Shown here one piece after another: positions 50,201 through 63,494 of a stretch of 64,000 nt of DNA. Source of the stretch: Macrostomum lignano (taxonomy: Eukaryota); contig NIVC01002605.1 in assembly GCA_002269645.1 (NCBI GenBank), positions 1 to 64,000 of the forward strand. Direction: 5' to 3'. Each line of letters opens with the position of its first letter. Position 1 is the first letter of the stretch. Under the pieces are notes generated by a model. That model did no database searches, had not been told where the DNA came from, and was given only the letters and a program-made list of their open reading frames with translations. The translations under genes and the position numbers were made by a program.

Positions 50201-53200
50201 AGCTGGATAGCAACGCCGCCCTGGCGCACTTCTGCCAGACTCTGGAGCGGGTCTGCATCGAGACGATCGAGGCCGGTCACATGACCAAAGATCTGGCGCT
50301 ATGCGTCAAGGGGTCCGGGTGAGTGGCGCCGTTATTTGAGCGCGATTAATTAGATTGATAGAAGTAAGGTATATAGATAGGACTAACAGACAGACAATCG
50401 ATATAGATTAAGGCATTAAGACAAGATACTGAGATTTAAATAGAAATTGAAATATAGGACAGATATACAGACGGGTACTGAGATGGACGCTGAGATAGAC
50501 ATTGATAGATAGAACGATGTCCCCATCCCTAAGGGCGCTGAGACACTGATCGAGTGTCTTGTGTCATATCTCGGACACTGAGACAGGCATAGACGGAAAC
50601 TGCGATGGATACCGAGACTGACACTGAGACTAAGGTGGACACTAGGATTGGCACTAAGTCAGACACTGAGACGGACACTAAGACGCACTGAGACGGACAC
50701 CAAGACAGACACTGAGACGGACACTAAGACAGACACTGAGACGGACACTAAGACAGACACTGAGACGGACACCAAGACAGACACTGAGACGGACACTAAG
50801 ACAGACACTGAGACGGACACTAAGACAGACACTGAGACGGACACTAAGACAGACACTGAGACGGACACTAAGACAGACACTGAGACGGACACTAAGACAG
50901 ACACTGAGACGGACACCAAGACAGACACTGAGATGGACACTGAGACGGACACTGAGACGGACACTAAGACGCACTGAGACGGACACCAAGACGCACTGAG
51001 ACGGACACTAAGACAGACACTGAGACGGACACTAAGACAGACACTGAGACGGACACTAAGACAGACACTGAGACGGACACCAAGACAGACACTGAGACGG
51101 ACACCAAGACAGACACTGAGACGGACACCAAGACAGACACTGAGACGGACACTAAGACAGACACTGAGACGGACACTAAGACAGACACTGAGACGGACAC
51201 TAAGACAGACACTGAGACGGACACCAAGACAGACACTGAGACGGACACTAAGACAGACACTGAGACGGACACCAAGACAGACACTGAGACGGACACTAAG
51301 ACAGACACTGAGACGGACACTAAGACAGACACTGAGACGGACACTAAGACAGACACTGAGACGGACACCAAGACAGACACTGAGACGGACACTAAGACAG
51401 ACACTGAGACGGACACTAAGACGGACACTAAGACGCACTGAGACGGACACTAAGTCAGACACTGAGACGGACACCAAGACACACTGAGACGGACACTGAG
51501 ACAGACACTGAGACGGACACTAAGACAGACACTGAGACGGACACTAAGACAGACACTGAGACGGACACTAAGACAGACACTGAGACGGACACTAAGACAG
51601 ACACTGAGACGGACACCAAGACAGACACTGAGACGGACACTGAGACGGACACTGAGACGGACACTAAGACGCACTGAGACGGACACCAAGACAGACACTG
51701 AGACGGACACTAAGACAGACACTGAGACGGACACTAAGACACACTGAGACTGACACTGAGACTAAGGTGGACACTAGGATTGGCACTAAGTCAGACACTG
51801 AGACGGACACCAAGACGCACTGAGACGGACACTAAGACAGACACTGAGACGGACACTAAGACAGACACTGAGACGGACACTAAGACAGACACTGAGACGG
51901 ACACCAAGACAGACACTGAGACGGACACCAAGACAGACACTGAGACGGACACCAAGACAGACACTGAGACGGACACTAAGACAGACACTGAGACGGACAC
52001 TAAGACAGACACTGAGACGGACACTAAGACAGACACTGAGACGGACACCAAGACAGACACTGAGACGGACACTAAGACAGACACTGAGACGGACACTAAG
52101 ACGGACACTAAGACGCACTGAGACGGACACCAAGACGCACTGAGACGGACACTAAGACGGACACTAAGACACACTGAGACGGACACTAAGTCAGACACTG
52201 AGACGGACACCAAGACAGACACTGAGACGGACACCAAGACAGACACTGAGACGGACACTAAGACAGACACTGAGACGGACACTAAGACAGACACTGAGAC
52301 GGACACTAAGACAGACACTGAGACGGACACTAAGACAGACACTGAGACGGACACTAAGACAGACACTGAGACGGACACCAAGACAGACACTGAGACGGAC
52401 ACTAAGACAGACACTGAGACGGACACTAAGACGCACTGAGACGGACACCAAGACGCACTGAGACGGACACTAAGACGGACACTAAGACAGACACTGAGAC
52501 GGACACCAAGACAGACACTGAGACGGACACTAAGACAGACACTGAGACGGACACTAAGACAGACACTGAGACGGACACTAAGACAGACACTGAGACGGAC
52601 ACCAAGACAGACACTGAGACGGACACTAAGACAGACACTGAGACGGACACTAAGACGCACTGAGACGGACACCAAGACGCACTGAGACGGACACTAAGAC
52701 GGACACTAAGACAGACACTGAGACGGACACCAAGACAGACACTGAGACGGACACCAAGACAGACACTGAGACGGACACTAAGACAGACACTGAGACGGAC
52801 ACTAAGACAGACACTGAGACGGACACTAAGACGCACTGAGACGGACACCAAGACAGACACTGAGACGGACACCAAGACAGACACTGAGACGGACACCAAG
52901 ACAGACACTGAGACGGACACTAAGACGCACTGAGACGGACACCAAGACGCACTGAGACGGACACTAAGACGGACACCAAGACAGACACTGAGACGGACAC
53001 CAAGACAGACACTGAGACGGACACTAAGACAGACACTGAGACGGACACTAAGACAGACACTGAGACGGACACTAAGACGCACTGAGACGGACACCAAGAC
53101 AGACACTGAGACGGACACCAAGACAGACACTGAGACGGACACCAAGACAGACACTGAGACGGACACTAAGACAGACACTGAGACGAACACTAAGACAGAC

Positions 53201-53646
53201 ACTGAGACGGACACTAAGACACACTGAGACGGACACTGAGACAGACACTGAGACGGACACTAAGACACACTGAGACGGACACTGAGACAGACACTGAGAC
53301 GGACACTAAGACACACTGAGACGGACACTGAGACAGACACTGAGACGGACACTAAGACACACTGAGACGGACACTAAGACAGACACTGAGACGGACACTA
53401 AGACAGGCACTGAGACAGACACTAAGACAGACACTGAGACGGACACTAAGACAGACACTGAGACGGACATGAAGATACACACGAAGACATGAAGACAGGC
53501 GGGCGTGCAGACTAATAAATGTCGCGCCATTTCCCCCCGCACCCGTTCGCAGCGTGCAGCGCAGCGACTATCTGAACACTTTCGAATTCATGGACAAGCT
53601 GGCCGAGAATCTGCGGGCCGGCCTTGCCGACAGTGCCAAAATCTGA
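47253..53646 (+). CDS. IDH1: Isocitrate dehydrogenase [NADP], cytosolic type, 6 exons
   Basis: Exons 47253-47265, 47400-47439, 47733-47839, 47942-48404, 49798-50318 (1-nt frameshift near 50060), 53553-53646. Motifs: [88 protein letters not shown]. Ends AKI*. Confidence 0.96.
48410..48715. repeat. Minisatellite, about 22-bp unit
   Basis: gggatattcgggttcatgagca, starting just after the IDH1 exon 4 donor. Confidence 0.9.
49640..49745. repeat. About 30-bp unit, about 4 copies
   Basis: ggtcaagggacctttgtgtcttactgggaa variants. Confidence 0.8.
50650..53470. repeat. 2.8-kb minisatellite, 24-bp unit (12-bp subunits)
   Basis: gacagacactgagacggacactaa in the last IDH1 intron. Confidence 0.97.
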
Positions 53647-53731
53647 TGATGCTACGAGATCGTCTCTAAATTAAGTCCGTAAACTTGACAAGACTACTCA
53701 CTTGCTTGACATTTGTAGTGAAGAGGTCAAT

Positions 53732-53737
53732 AATAAA
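53732..53737 (+). terminator. Candidate IDH1 polyadenylation signal
   Basis: AATAAA about 85 nt after the TGA. Confidence 0.5.
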
Positions 53738-54555
53738 GTGTAGGAGTAGCTAATTAATAGTAAAAATGCAAAAAATCAAAACCTTGCAGTCGCGGCTATC
53801 CGCGACACAAATAGTTTATATAATTAGTAAAGTTAATAATCAATTATTGAAGTTGATCATAGGTTAATTATTAATTATTATCTATTGCCTTTTTCGTTCG
53901 CTTTATATAGCTGCCTTTGTCAGAATGACGATGGATATAATAATTTGTTCTCGGATTATTTATAATTTATTGATGCAATGAAATTATTGCACTGCGGCCA
54001 TTTGTTTTAGTTTTATTATTCTTTTTCACTTTAGTGCTTGTCTTTTAGTACATTATTATTATTACATGCATGTAGCCGGCACATTAGATTATTAATACTA
54101 TAGAATTATATTAAACTTAGCGATTCAGTAATTATAATGCGTTAAGAGTTTTTTTCAGATTTCATAGCAAAGCCGAGCACTGAGAGCTGTCAACTAAGAG
54201 TCGGATATTAGTTATATTACTTTTATAATTGCATTGCCAACGGTAAACCCAGTCGCTAATTTTAATACATGTTGACCAGTCCTATTTGACTTTATTTATC
54301 TCTAAGTCCTATTTGCTTTGGCCTTGTGGATCTTGGATATTTGAAGTTAATTATATTGAAGAGAGTTTTGTCTTTCAGTCTTGCTTATTAAATTTAATCT
54401 GCCGATCACATTGGAAACTGATTGCAATTTTGACGAAAGTATGAGATTTTTCAGCGGAATCGGCGTAGCCGATTAACAAAAAAATAGCGATCGTAGGAAC
54501 ACGATTTCTATGAGCTCTGTGTTCCAATTTCAGTGCAGCTGACCATGACAACTCT

Positions 54556-57402
54556 TGGTAGAAAGACCACGGGGGTGTATTTCAAATACACACATTTTTC
54601 TTTTGTCTGCATCTCCAAAAATATTCAACCAATTGCCATGAAAGTCCAGAACACGGGCTAAAATTTTCCGCTCTATTTGATGAAGCAACGAATCACGAAA
54701 CATTGGCATCGTCGAGATATTCAACGATTCTCCTCGGGGTGTCTGGTGGCAAAAACCATGCACCAACATTAACAAAATTTTTCTGCTCACAAAATCTCAA
54801 CATGAAACCAAGTCGGCTCAACAAACTATGCATATCGGTCGTGAGGCCTTTGTTCTCCAGCGTCCCAGGCCCCAGAGTCCCCTTCATCTCCGTCTGGAGC
54901 AACGGCGGCGACCGTCGGGTCCTTCAACAAAAGCACCCGATCGGCATCTCAGAGACGGCTGCGTTCCCAAAACTGAAATGGAAGAATCCTCTTCTGCATG
55001 CAGCATTCAGTCAGTAGACACAATCGGTAAATGAAATGGACGATGGCAACCCTCTAGACTGACCTGTAGACATACAGGCAACCTTCTGGACCTTCAACGG
55101 AGTGCCACCTTGCGGCCCTGACGAGCTGGCACCCCCAACATCGTGATTTTTCTATCAAGGCTCCAAACCAGGCATGTCTGCGTATTATACAATAATCCAG
55201 CACCATGTTCAGCATTCAGCTCTGTCTGGACGACCTTCGGGACCTTCAACGGAGTGCCACCACGCAACCTTGACGAGCTGGCACCCCCAACATCGTGATT
55301 TTTCTATCAAGGCTCCAAACCAGACATGTCTGCATATTATACAATGCATTTGTACCATGTTAAATTGGAGAGTTACAGATTTAACTGGCGACTGAAAAAG
55401 AAAATATTTAATTTGTTAAAAATGATAATTCAGTATGTCAAAAATGATGATATTACAGTATGTCAAAAATGATGATATTACAGTATGTCAAAAATGATGA
55501 TATTACAGTATGTCAAAAATGATGATATTACAGTATGTCAAAAATGATGATATTACAGTTTGTCAAAAATGATGATATTACAGTATGTCAAAAATGATGA
55601 TATTACAGTATGTCAAAAATGATGATATTACAGTATGTCAAAAATGATGATATTACAGTATTTCAAAAGTGATATTACAGCAAATTCAGAGCAGAAGGAT
55701 CTGAACAGGCAGTAGGACACACACGTGAGCTCCTCAGAAAACCGGAATTCGCTCATGTGTGGAGCCATATTTTGAGTTGAACTCTTGAGATCGGCTTGCG
55801 GGCCACCACGAGTGCGCATCACTGTTCCAAGAAACGTGAATCCTATTTCTCGGTACAAGTGATTGGCCAACGCAAGACTCGAGAAGAATCTGTCACATGT
55901 GATGCTGTACTGCAGTGTCCCCTGAATGGATCAGCCATAGTGATTCCGGATGGATGAATTCTGGATGGATTCCGGATTCCTGTGATGCAAAAGTAGTGGA
56001 AAGCAGTCTTCCTTTGCCAGTGCAGATTTCCGCATTGAATTAACTCATAGCGGATGTCCATGTCATCCTGAATCTCTGGATTTCCAGCTGATGTCAGCAG
56101 GAACAGCTTGGCACCATTGCGACCGTTGGGGGCCAAGCCCGGATCCCGCGGCAGTTTTCGAGAATTGCATCGCGGTGTTGAACTTCCTCGGGAAGGCGGG
56201 CGCGATCTGAGGCCCGGTGCCATGGGCCCTGGCCCGAGCGCGCCCGAATGGAAGAAGATCTCCTTCAGAAAGACCGTGAAGTCACAGTTCACACCCCAGT
56301 AGACAATCAGAGTTTCGTCGACGCAGAGGTACGGCCCGGAAAGGACAGGATGGCGCAGCTGACTGACAAAGGTGTCCCACAGACGTTGGATGCCGTAGAG
56401 CTTGTCCGTTGTGGCAGTCCGCTGACGATGTTTGGCAGTTTCGAATTTAACATGGTGCAAAAGCATTGTACATGTATAATACGCAGACATGCCTAGCTGG
56501 TTTGGAGCCTTGATAGAAAAATCACGATGTTGGCGGTGTCAGCTCGTCGGGGCCGCAAGGTGCACTCCGTTGAAGGTCGTCCAGACAGAGCTGAATGCTG
56601 AACATGGTGCTGGATTATTGTATAATACGCAGACATGCCTGGTTTGGTGCCTTGATAGAAAAATCACGATGTTGGGGGGATGCCAGCTCGTCAGGGCCGC
56701 AAGGTGCACTCCGTTGAAGGTCCCGAAGGTCGTCCAGACAGAGCTGAATGCTGAACATGGTGCTGGATTATTGTATAATACGCAGACATGCCTGGTTTGG
56801 TGCCTTGATAGAAAAATCACGATGTTGGGGGTGCCAGCTCGTCAGGGCCGCAAGGTGGCACTCCGTTGAAGGTCCAGAAGGTTGCCTGTATGTCTACAGG
56901 TCAGTCTAGAGGGTTGCCATCGTCCATTTCATTTACCGATTGTGTCTACTGACTGAATGCTGCATGCAGAAGAGGATTCTTCCATTTCAGTTTTGGGAAC
57001 GCAGCCGTCTCTGAGATGCCGATCGGGTGCTTTTGTTGAAGGACCCGACGGTCGCCGCTGATGCTCCAGACGGAGATGAAGGGGACCCTGGGGCCTGGGA
57101 CGCTGAGAACAAAGGCCTCTACGACAGATGGACCCAGATTATTGAGCCAATATGGATTTACCATAAAGGTTTATACAGTGTAGTGTTGGTTGTCCAACGT
57201 TGAATATCTCGACGATGCTGACGTCGGATGACGTTGAAAGTTAGTTTGTCGGAAAGGGCGGAAAATTTTGATCCATACGGTGGACTCTTACGAAAATCGG
57301 TTATTCGGTTTGCGAGCTATCGTGAAATGGGTCGTGTGTATTTGTAATACACCCCGTGGTCTTTTCCCATGGGGAAAAATAGCGTGGTCTTTCTACTGTT
57401 AA
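54556..57402 (-). mobile_element. Degenerate piggyBac-family element with long inverted arms
   Basis: Right end CAGTAGAAAGACCACG is flanked by TTAA (57399-57402). Near-identical inverted arms at 54843-55366 and 56444-57119. Minus-strand relic at about 56460-56260: DKLYGIQRLWDTFVSQLRHPVLSGPYLCVDETLIVYWG, the piggyBac first catalytic-Asp region. Confidence 0.8.
55430..55680. repeat. Minisatellite, 25-bp unit, inside the piggyBac derivative
   Basis: cagtatgtcaaaaatgatgatatta. Confidence 0.95.
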
Positions 57403-57813
57403 TGGTCTGGCCATGATTAATAAATCGAGAACATGCGAGATGAAATTGTCAAATGAAATAATTAAGTTGATGGAATAAATTAAATGAAACGTAAGCAATT
57501 TACTAATTAAAACACCTTTTAGATCCAGATAAAGACAAAATAAATTTATATACCAGATAAAGCGAAACATGCTAGTATATTTAATGGTATAAACTCGTAT
57601 GTATACGAAATGCAATGATAGTTGCCATTTAGAGTTAAATGTACAGTTGTACATATGCAATGACACACTTATATGCTGAGTGACAGTCTATTTGATGCTT
57701 TGAATGAGCAGCAGCAATATTAGTAGTACTTGTAGTAGTAGTAGCAACAAAGAACAAGTAAAATTGGAACAGACCCGAAAGAAGACGCTTTTGATAATGA
57801 ATTATATACAAAG

Positions 57814-58074
57814 GGCCTGTCAACTTAAGCTCGTAAAGTGGAGCCCGAGTAACCTATGTACCCAAATGATATGTCATTCTGCTCATAGTCACACTAGGAA
57901 GCTGGGTTTGGCCTGTGACGAAAATTGGACTTGAGAGAACCAGCAAGAAGCAAGGGGATAATGACTCATGAGGGACTCTACTTTGAGCTTTGAGCTTTGA
58001 GCTAAGTTGGCATAATAGTCATTTGGGTACATAGGTTACTCGGACTCCACTTTATGAGCTTAAGTTGATAGGCC
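57814..58074. mobile_element. MITE-like element with about 60-bp TIRs
   Basis: GGCCTGTCAACTTAAGCTCGTAAAGTGGAGCCCGAGTAACCTATGTACCCAAATGA is inverted at about 58018-58074. No clear TSD. Confidence 0.65.
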
Positions 58075-60877
58075 ATTTCTGAATATTATCTGGAATGAAA
58101 ATATGAAAAAGCTATATGCAGCCTCTGATATTGAAGAGGTAATAGTAATAGCGTCAGGTAGTCTACGCCCACTCAATTTTAGAAGAGGCTTTGTTTCGGA
58201 CAGGATTTTTGCATGGTTTGCTACAAAATTAGAAAAGCTTTGCGAGTTCGCTCAAGTTTCCTTTGAAATTCGAGTAAACGTACTTTTAATTTTTAAGTTA
58301 GATATTGAAGAATCATCACTGGACTCTGCATTGCGCAATTTCAAGGCAATGACAAAGAATTAGTTCGAGTCAATTCCAAGAATTCACGCGAGTCCTCAGA
58401 CATTTAGAGCTCGTCAAGTCTCACTTAGCTTTCGTCATCATTTCCGACATTTATAAACTATTCAGAGGGCATCGAGAGAATAAGCTCAGGTGCATTAGTT
58501 TGACGCCAAAATTGAGAGCTGTCAAGCCAACGGAAAGCAACTGTCCGCAATGACCTCTTCCTCGTGAATAGATTAGTTGGTATGACGGAAATTCGATCTA
58601 TATCATTATTCCCCTCAAGTGAATGCTCAAATCATTCATCGATTGAGCTAGCGTGAGCAACTGCGGCCATAGGCTGGGCAAACTCCGCATTGAGCTGGGC
58701 TCTAGCAGGGCCCGCCCTTGGCCTACAGTGCGGTTAAAGGCGCTGCGATCCCTTACTGCGGGAGAAAGCGGACTGAGTACGAGTACTTAATAAATTGGAT
58801 TTCTCATGCAGAAATTTGGTAACTGTCAGAATTTTCAATATTTTTCTTTAAAACTATCTAAGAGAATAGATTATGGGTCCACTTGTCAAACCAACAGCAA
58901 GTTCACCGCATATTTGCCGTCTGTACAACCCTGGTCAGCCTCTTGTACGAGCCAAGGAAGGCCTCATCCCCAAGGGTAATAGCTATGCGATTTTCAGGTG
59001 AGCATTGCAGACTTTAGGCCAATCGCCAGATTTGCTGGCGGGCCACCAGTCCTGGAGATGGCTCACTTAGAATCAGAAAAAAGTACGGCGGAATCCAGGT
59101 CGTTGCGATCAAACCGCTGGTTCTACAGCCCCAGTCCAAACGCAAAGCACCGGCCCGCCGCGCGTTTCGAGTTCAAATATATGGACTCGGCAATGCAAGA
59201 ATGCGGACCCACGATCCAATTAGGATGGGTCATCCGCAAACGTGTAACCGAAACCAATCGCGTTCAACCATCCGCGTGCAGTGCGAACGTTTTAGCTCAA
59301 GGTTGCGTGGTTTAGAATGCATAGCTAGAACAACTGCAGCCGAACAAAGTCCGATATGCTTATTCAGCACCTGTTCTATACAAGATTCTTCTCAAAAATT
59401 ATTTTTAATCAAATTTTGTAGATAAAAATGAGTAAGAAATTAAAAATAACATTCAAAAAACGTTTTGAAGGCATCAGAAAAAGCGAAAAGACGGCAAGTT
59501 TTAGCATAGCATCGCGAGTTTCTGCAGTTTCTGTTATAATGCTCCAGTCCAGCTCACCTGCGACTCTGCTGGGATCAATCGATTCACTCGCTCATGCAGT
59601 CGAGCTGACTCGAGCAAGCAGTGAGCACAGGCGGGCTTTTTGGCAAAACTTAAAGCAGCATCTGAATACCAAATGAGCTACTGTCCAGCCCAGCTCACCT
59701 GTGAGATCGGTTTGCTCCCTCTTGAAAAACTGAGAAGCAGGCGGCGATTTGGCAAAACTAGAAGCACCATGTCAGTCAGTTTGATCTCACAACCCGCTAG
59801 AAGCGGTTGCGGTGATTTTAAGTCTCGCCTGCCCGTGCATTGCACGCGCATCCCAGACAAAGCTGCCAATAGACCGCGGGGCATAGCCTGCGAACCCGCG
59901 GCCAACCAGGCTATAAGCTCTCTGGGAAATAGTAACGGGTCCCACGACTTTGTTATTAGCAACGCGGGCGGGGTCCGGTAGAGTGCGGCAAAATTGCCTT
60001 AACTCTTACCGGCGCTCGAGAACCCGCGTGGAAACACAGTTGCAATGAGCGGTGAAACTGTGATCGACACTGTTTTTAGACCATAAGCTACTCATCAATA
60101 TAAAGTTTGAGTAAGCAATAGCCAAAATAAATACAGTGCGATCCAGCTGACCGAACCTCGACAATGGCAACCCGACTCTGTCTAATCGTCATTGGCATCT
60201 AATAAAATGCCTTGATGAGATCAGACCAAGAAATTCGCCAGAGCTTCCATAACCTTCGAGGCGGCTGGCCCTCCTCTTGCCAAAGTCCTGCAGCAGACCA
60301 GTTGCGAATGCAAAATGTTCGAACACCGCGAACTTGCAAAAATAGTAGGTGAGCAAGCAGCTATAGGCATTCTCTATCACAAACTGTCCAGGCTATAGAT
60401 GTGGAACTGGGAAGATGTCACAGCCAGCCGTAGGCCCCGCTCATGCCAACTGCCCCCATTGTCAAGCTTGCAAATTGTTTCAAAGCAGAATTTTTAAACT
60501 CAACTCACCTCATGTCTAAAGTCCAAACTTTGAGAGTAACTTGTTTAATCGAAAGCAAAGCTGTCTTCATTGCCAATCATTGGCAAACTTCATACTGTGG
60601 CGTGGCGACCCGAAGAGGAGGCAAATTGAAGAAGTTGAAGTTAAAAGCCTCTGCCCTCCAGCCAGTGCCATAGAACTAATTTCAGACAACAGACAGACTT
60701 AATTAATTGAGGTGCTTGCTAGGGTTTTGCAAGGAGTGTACATGACTGGGACTGAACTGGCGGAGATGGGGGGGGAGGGCACTCATCGGGTGGCAGGGTT
60801 TTTAGTCACCCCCTCTGTAATTGGTGGGGTGGTTTTGGGTTCTGCGTTTCTTCCTCGGGCACAAGCTCTGTTCCGAC

Positions 60878-61325
60878 CACAGATACTAAAATAACTAGAT
60901 GGGCCACTCAGGCACATTTACTTAGTAAAACAGCTTTCTACTTTCAGTTCAGTAGCAAAGAAGAATACATAAGCTATTTTATAAAAATAAAGGCAGCTGA
61001 AATGACTTCGATAAGTTTAGAAGCCCAAGCTTGCAGGCGTAAACAGCTTGCTAATTGGTTCAGCAATAATGTACATTAGCCAGTCCACTGAAATGTACAT
61101 GGCAGCTTTAGAGGCTGGAATTCCGAGAAAGGCAATAAAAATTGGGGTGGGGCGGGGGTTAATGTGGAAAGGCGCAGTTGGAGGGTTTAAGCTGGGGTAA
61201 AAGTCAATAAATGAGCCTTGACTTTAAAAATAAATTAAAATGCTTCAGTTTAACTTACTACTGAACAGAAAGTAGCTTACACGCAAATGTGCTGAGTGGC
61301 CCATCTAGTTATTTTAGTATCTGTG
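60878..61325. mobile_element. 448-bp MITE with about 34-bp TIRs and a perfect 8-bp TSD (P-element-like termini)
   Basis: TIR CACAGATACTAAAATAACTAGATGGGCCACTCAG. TSD GTTCCGAC at 60870-60877 and 61326-61333. Confidence 0.85.
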
Positions 61326-63494
61326 GTTCCGACCCGAATGCGATTGTAGAGTTAGGGGAGAGGGTGAAGAAGTAAATTATTTTCAGTGTACTGTACACAC
61401 CCTCCGCAGCCCTTTATCGATTATTTAAAAGCCTATATTAACATGTACACCAATCTAACCAGCCCCCCCAAAATCGATTAACTTTTCAAGCCGATGGCCC
61501 AGAGGCCATCCAGACCTTTGACTTAGTCGGTAATTTTACTAATTTCATAGTGGAAAAATACTAATTTCTAATTACTAATTTCACGCGAACAAAGATGATA
61601 AACATAATATGATGTGATGAGTCCAAAATCCAGATGGACTACTCCAATGAGAGGTTCAACATAGTCTACTTACTCAGCAATATGTTAAAGTTATCATCCC
61701 GAAACCAGCGGTCAACTTCTCAGATTTTAGCCCTCACACGCAATTTCCACCAAGTTCGCGGTTCGCGTTGCTTCTCAACTATGGGCGTCCCGTCACAAGC
61801 CGAAACCTAGTTTAGGCCGGTGAAGAGAGAGGAGTTATACTAGAGTTGGATCAAAGCTGCCAATGCTGCCATTTGCCACTGCTCTCGGGGTGGAAACTTA
61901 TCGGTTTTTTTTACCATCATTAACATTTTTACTAAGTCTTAAACCAGAAAGCACTATAAAATCCAAGTGTCAACCAATAAAAAACAAAAACTTGGGAAGT
62001 CCGTATACTGTTAGCAGTAGCGGGTACAGACGATATATGCTACTGAAAATAAAGATAGCAAGTAGTATAGATTTATTTATTGATTTTCCAAGTTGCAAAA
62101 AAGCAATAAATTGAAAGAAAAAATATGCAGTTTAATATTCTCCAGATAAAAAATAGCACATCAATAATGTGCAATATATGTAACGCAGTTCTGAAAATAC
62201 AATAAAGAAGAAGCAAGTCCAATATAAACTATAAAGTCGGTGTACTTTGTACTATAACAATAATACGCTCGTACATAAGCTATAAAGTACATCGTACAGA
62301 GAGTTAAATATGTCAAAGCAGCAGGAAATGGCAAGGACCACTGTAGCATAACAGGACGTAAAGCACTGATCGTGCAATTTTTGGAGGCCAATTTCCTGGA
62401 AAAAACCATTTAACGTCACAAAATCAATAATTGCCTTTGATCTGGAGCAGTGAAGATTGCCATTCTTCTAATTTAGCATCCACATGTTACTCTTGCGTTT
62501 TATATAGTGAAAGTTTCATTTTTATATCGTTATCGTTTAATTTCATAATTTTTGTGCATCTCCGCATCCAGGAAATTGGTCTCCGAAAGAGTCCTTGAGT
62601 TTCACTTCCCTGTTATGCTACAAGGTCCTCGGGCAAAGGTAGGCATTGAATTTATAATGACAAACTGGGGTTGATTAAAATTTATATAAGTCCCACAAAT
62701 TAGGGCTATATAAAACAAGAGTTTCGGATTTTCTAAATCATCAAACCAGAAACAGCCGCCAACCAATGTAATAATTAATAAATAAGTGTAATTAGTTAAG
62801 CAAAGAATTGGTAAAATAGCACTCCATATAAAAATACTATTTTTTCTCAGATTATCATAAAGCAGAGCAAATTAAAAAATTGGTAGATAACTACAAACAG
62901 TAAAAACTCTGCGATACACATTAACGGAAATGTCAAACAAGAGCTGAGGAAAAAAAACAGCAAAATTTCCAAGAGCGACACGCGTTGATAAAAATGTATA
63001 AAACAAAACCGATTGAAACTCATTATAAACAATCTTAATCAATTGAAGCAATTAATTTTAATTCCGGCTTATTGAAAAAAGCACAAACAAGTAGCAAAAA
63101 ATTTTGCATTCCAAAATAATAAAGCCGTACGGTCGAGTTTTGTAGGAAAAGTTAAAAAAGCCCGTCAGCAAAAGAAAACAAGGCAAAACGAATTTATCGT
63201 AAAATGTTTTTTTGGTGTACTTGATGTTAAGTAGTTCTCGCAGATCCAGTCGCAGCTGTAGCCGTTTTGTTTAAGTTTTCTTATTAAACTTCGCTGCCAA
63301 CGGACCAAGTGATCTGTAGCGCGGCAAGACAGAATTGCAAGAATTTAATGCATTACTTGGCAAATTCTGATTTACAGAACACAAAGCAGCACACTGCCTG
63401 GGAAAGCAACAGAAAAAGCCAACCAATTTCTAAGCGCAGAAAAATCTTATTATATTTTGCTAAGTGTGGTAAACTGAGGAGGCTGGCGATGGGC

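Noticed and set aside
50648-53542. Many TDTETDTK / VSVSVL ORFs
   Set aside because: They come from the 24-bp repeat inside the last IDH1 intron.
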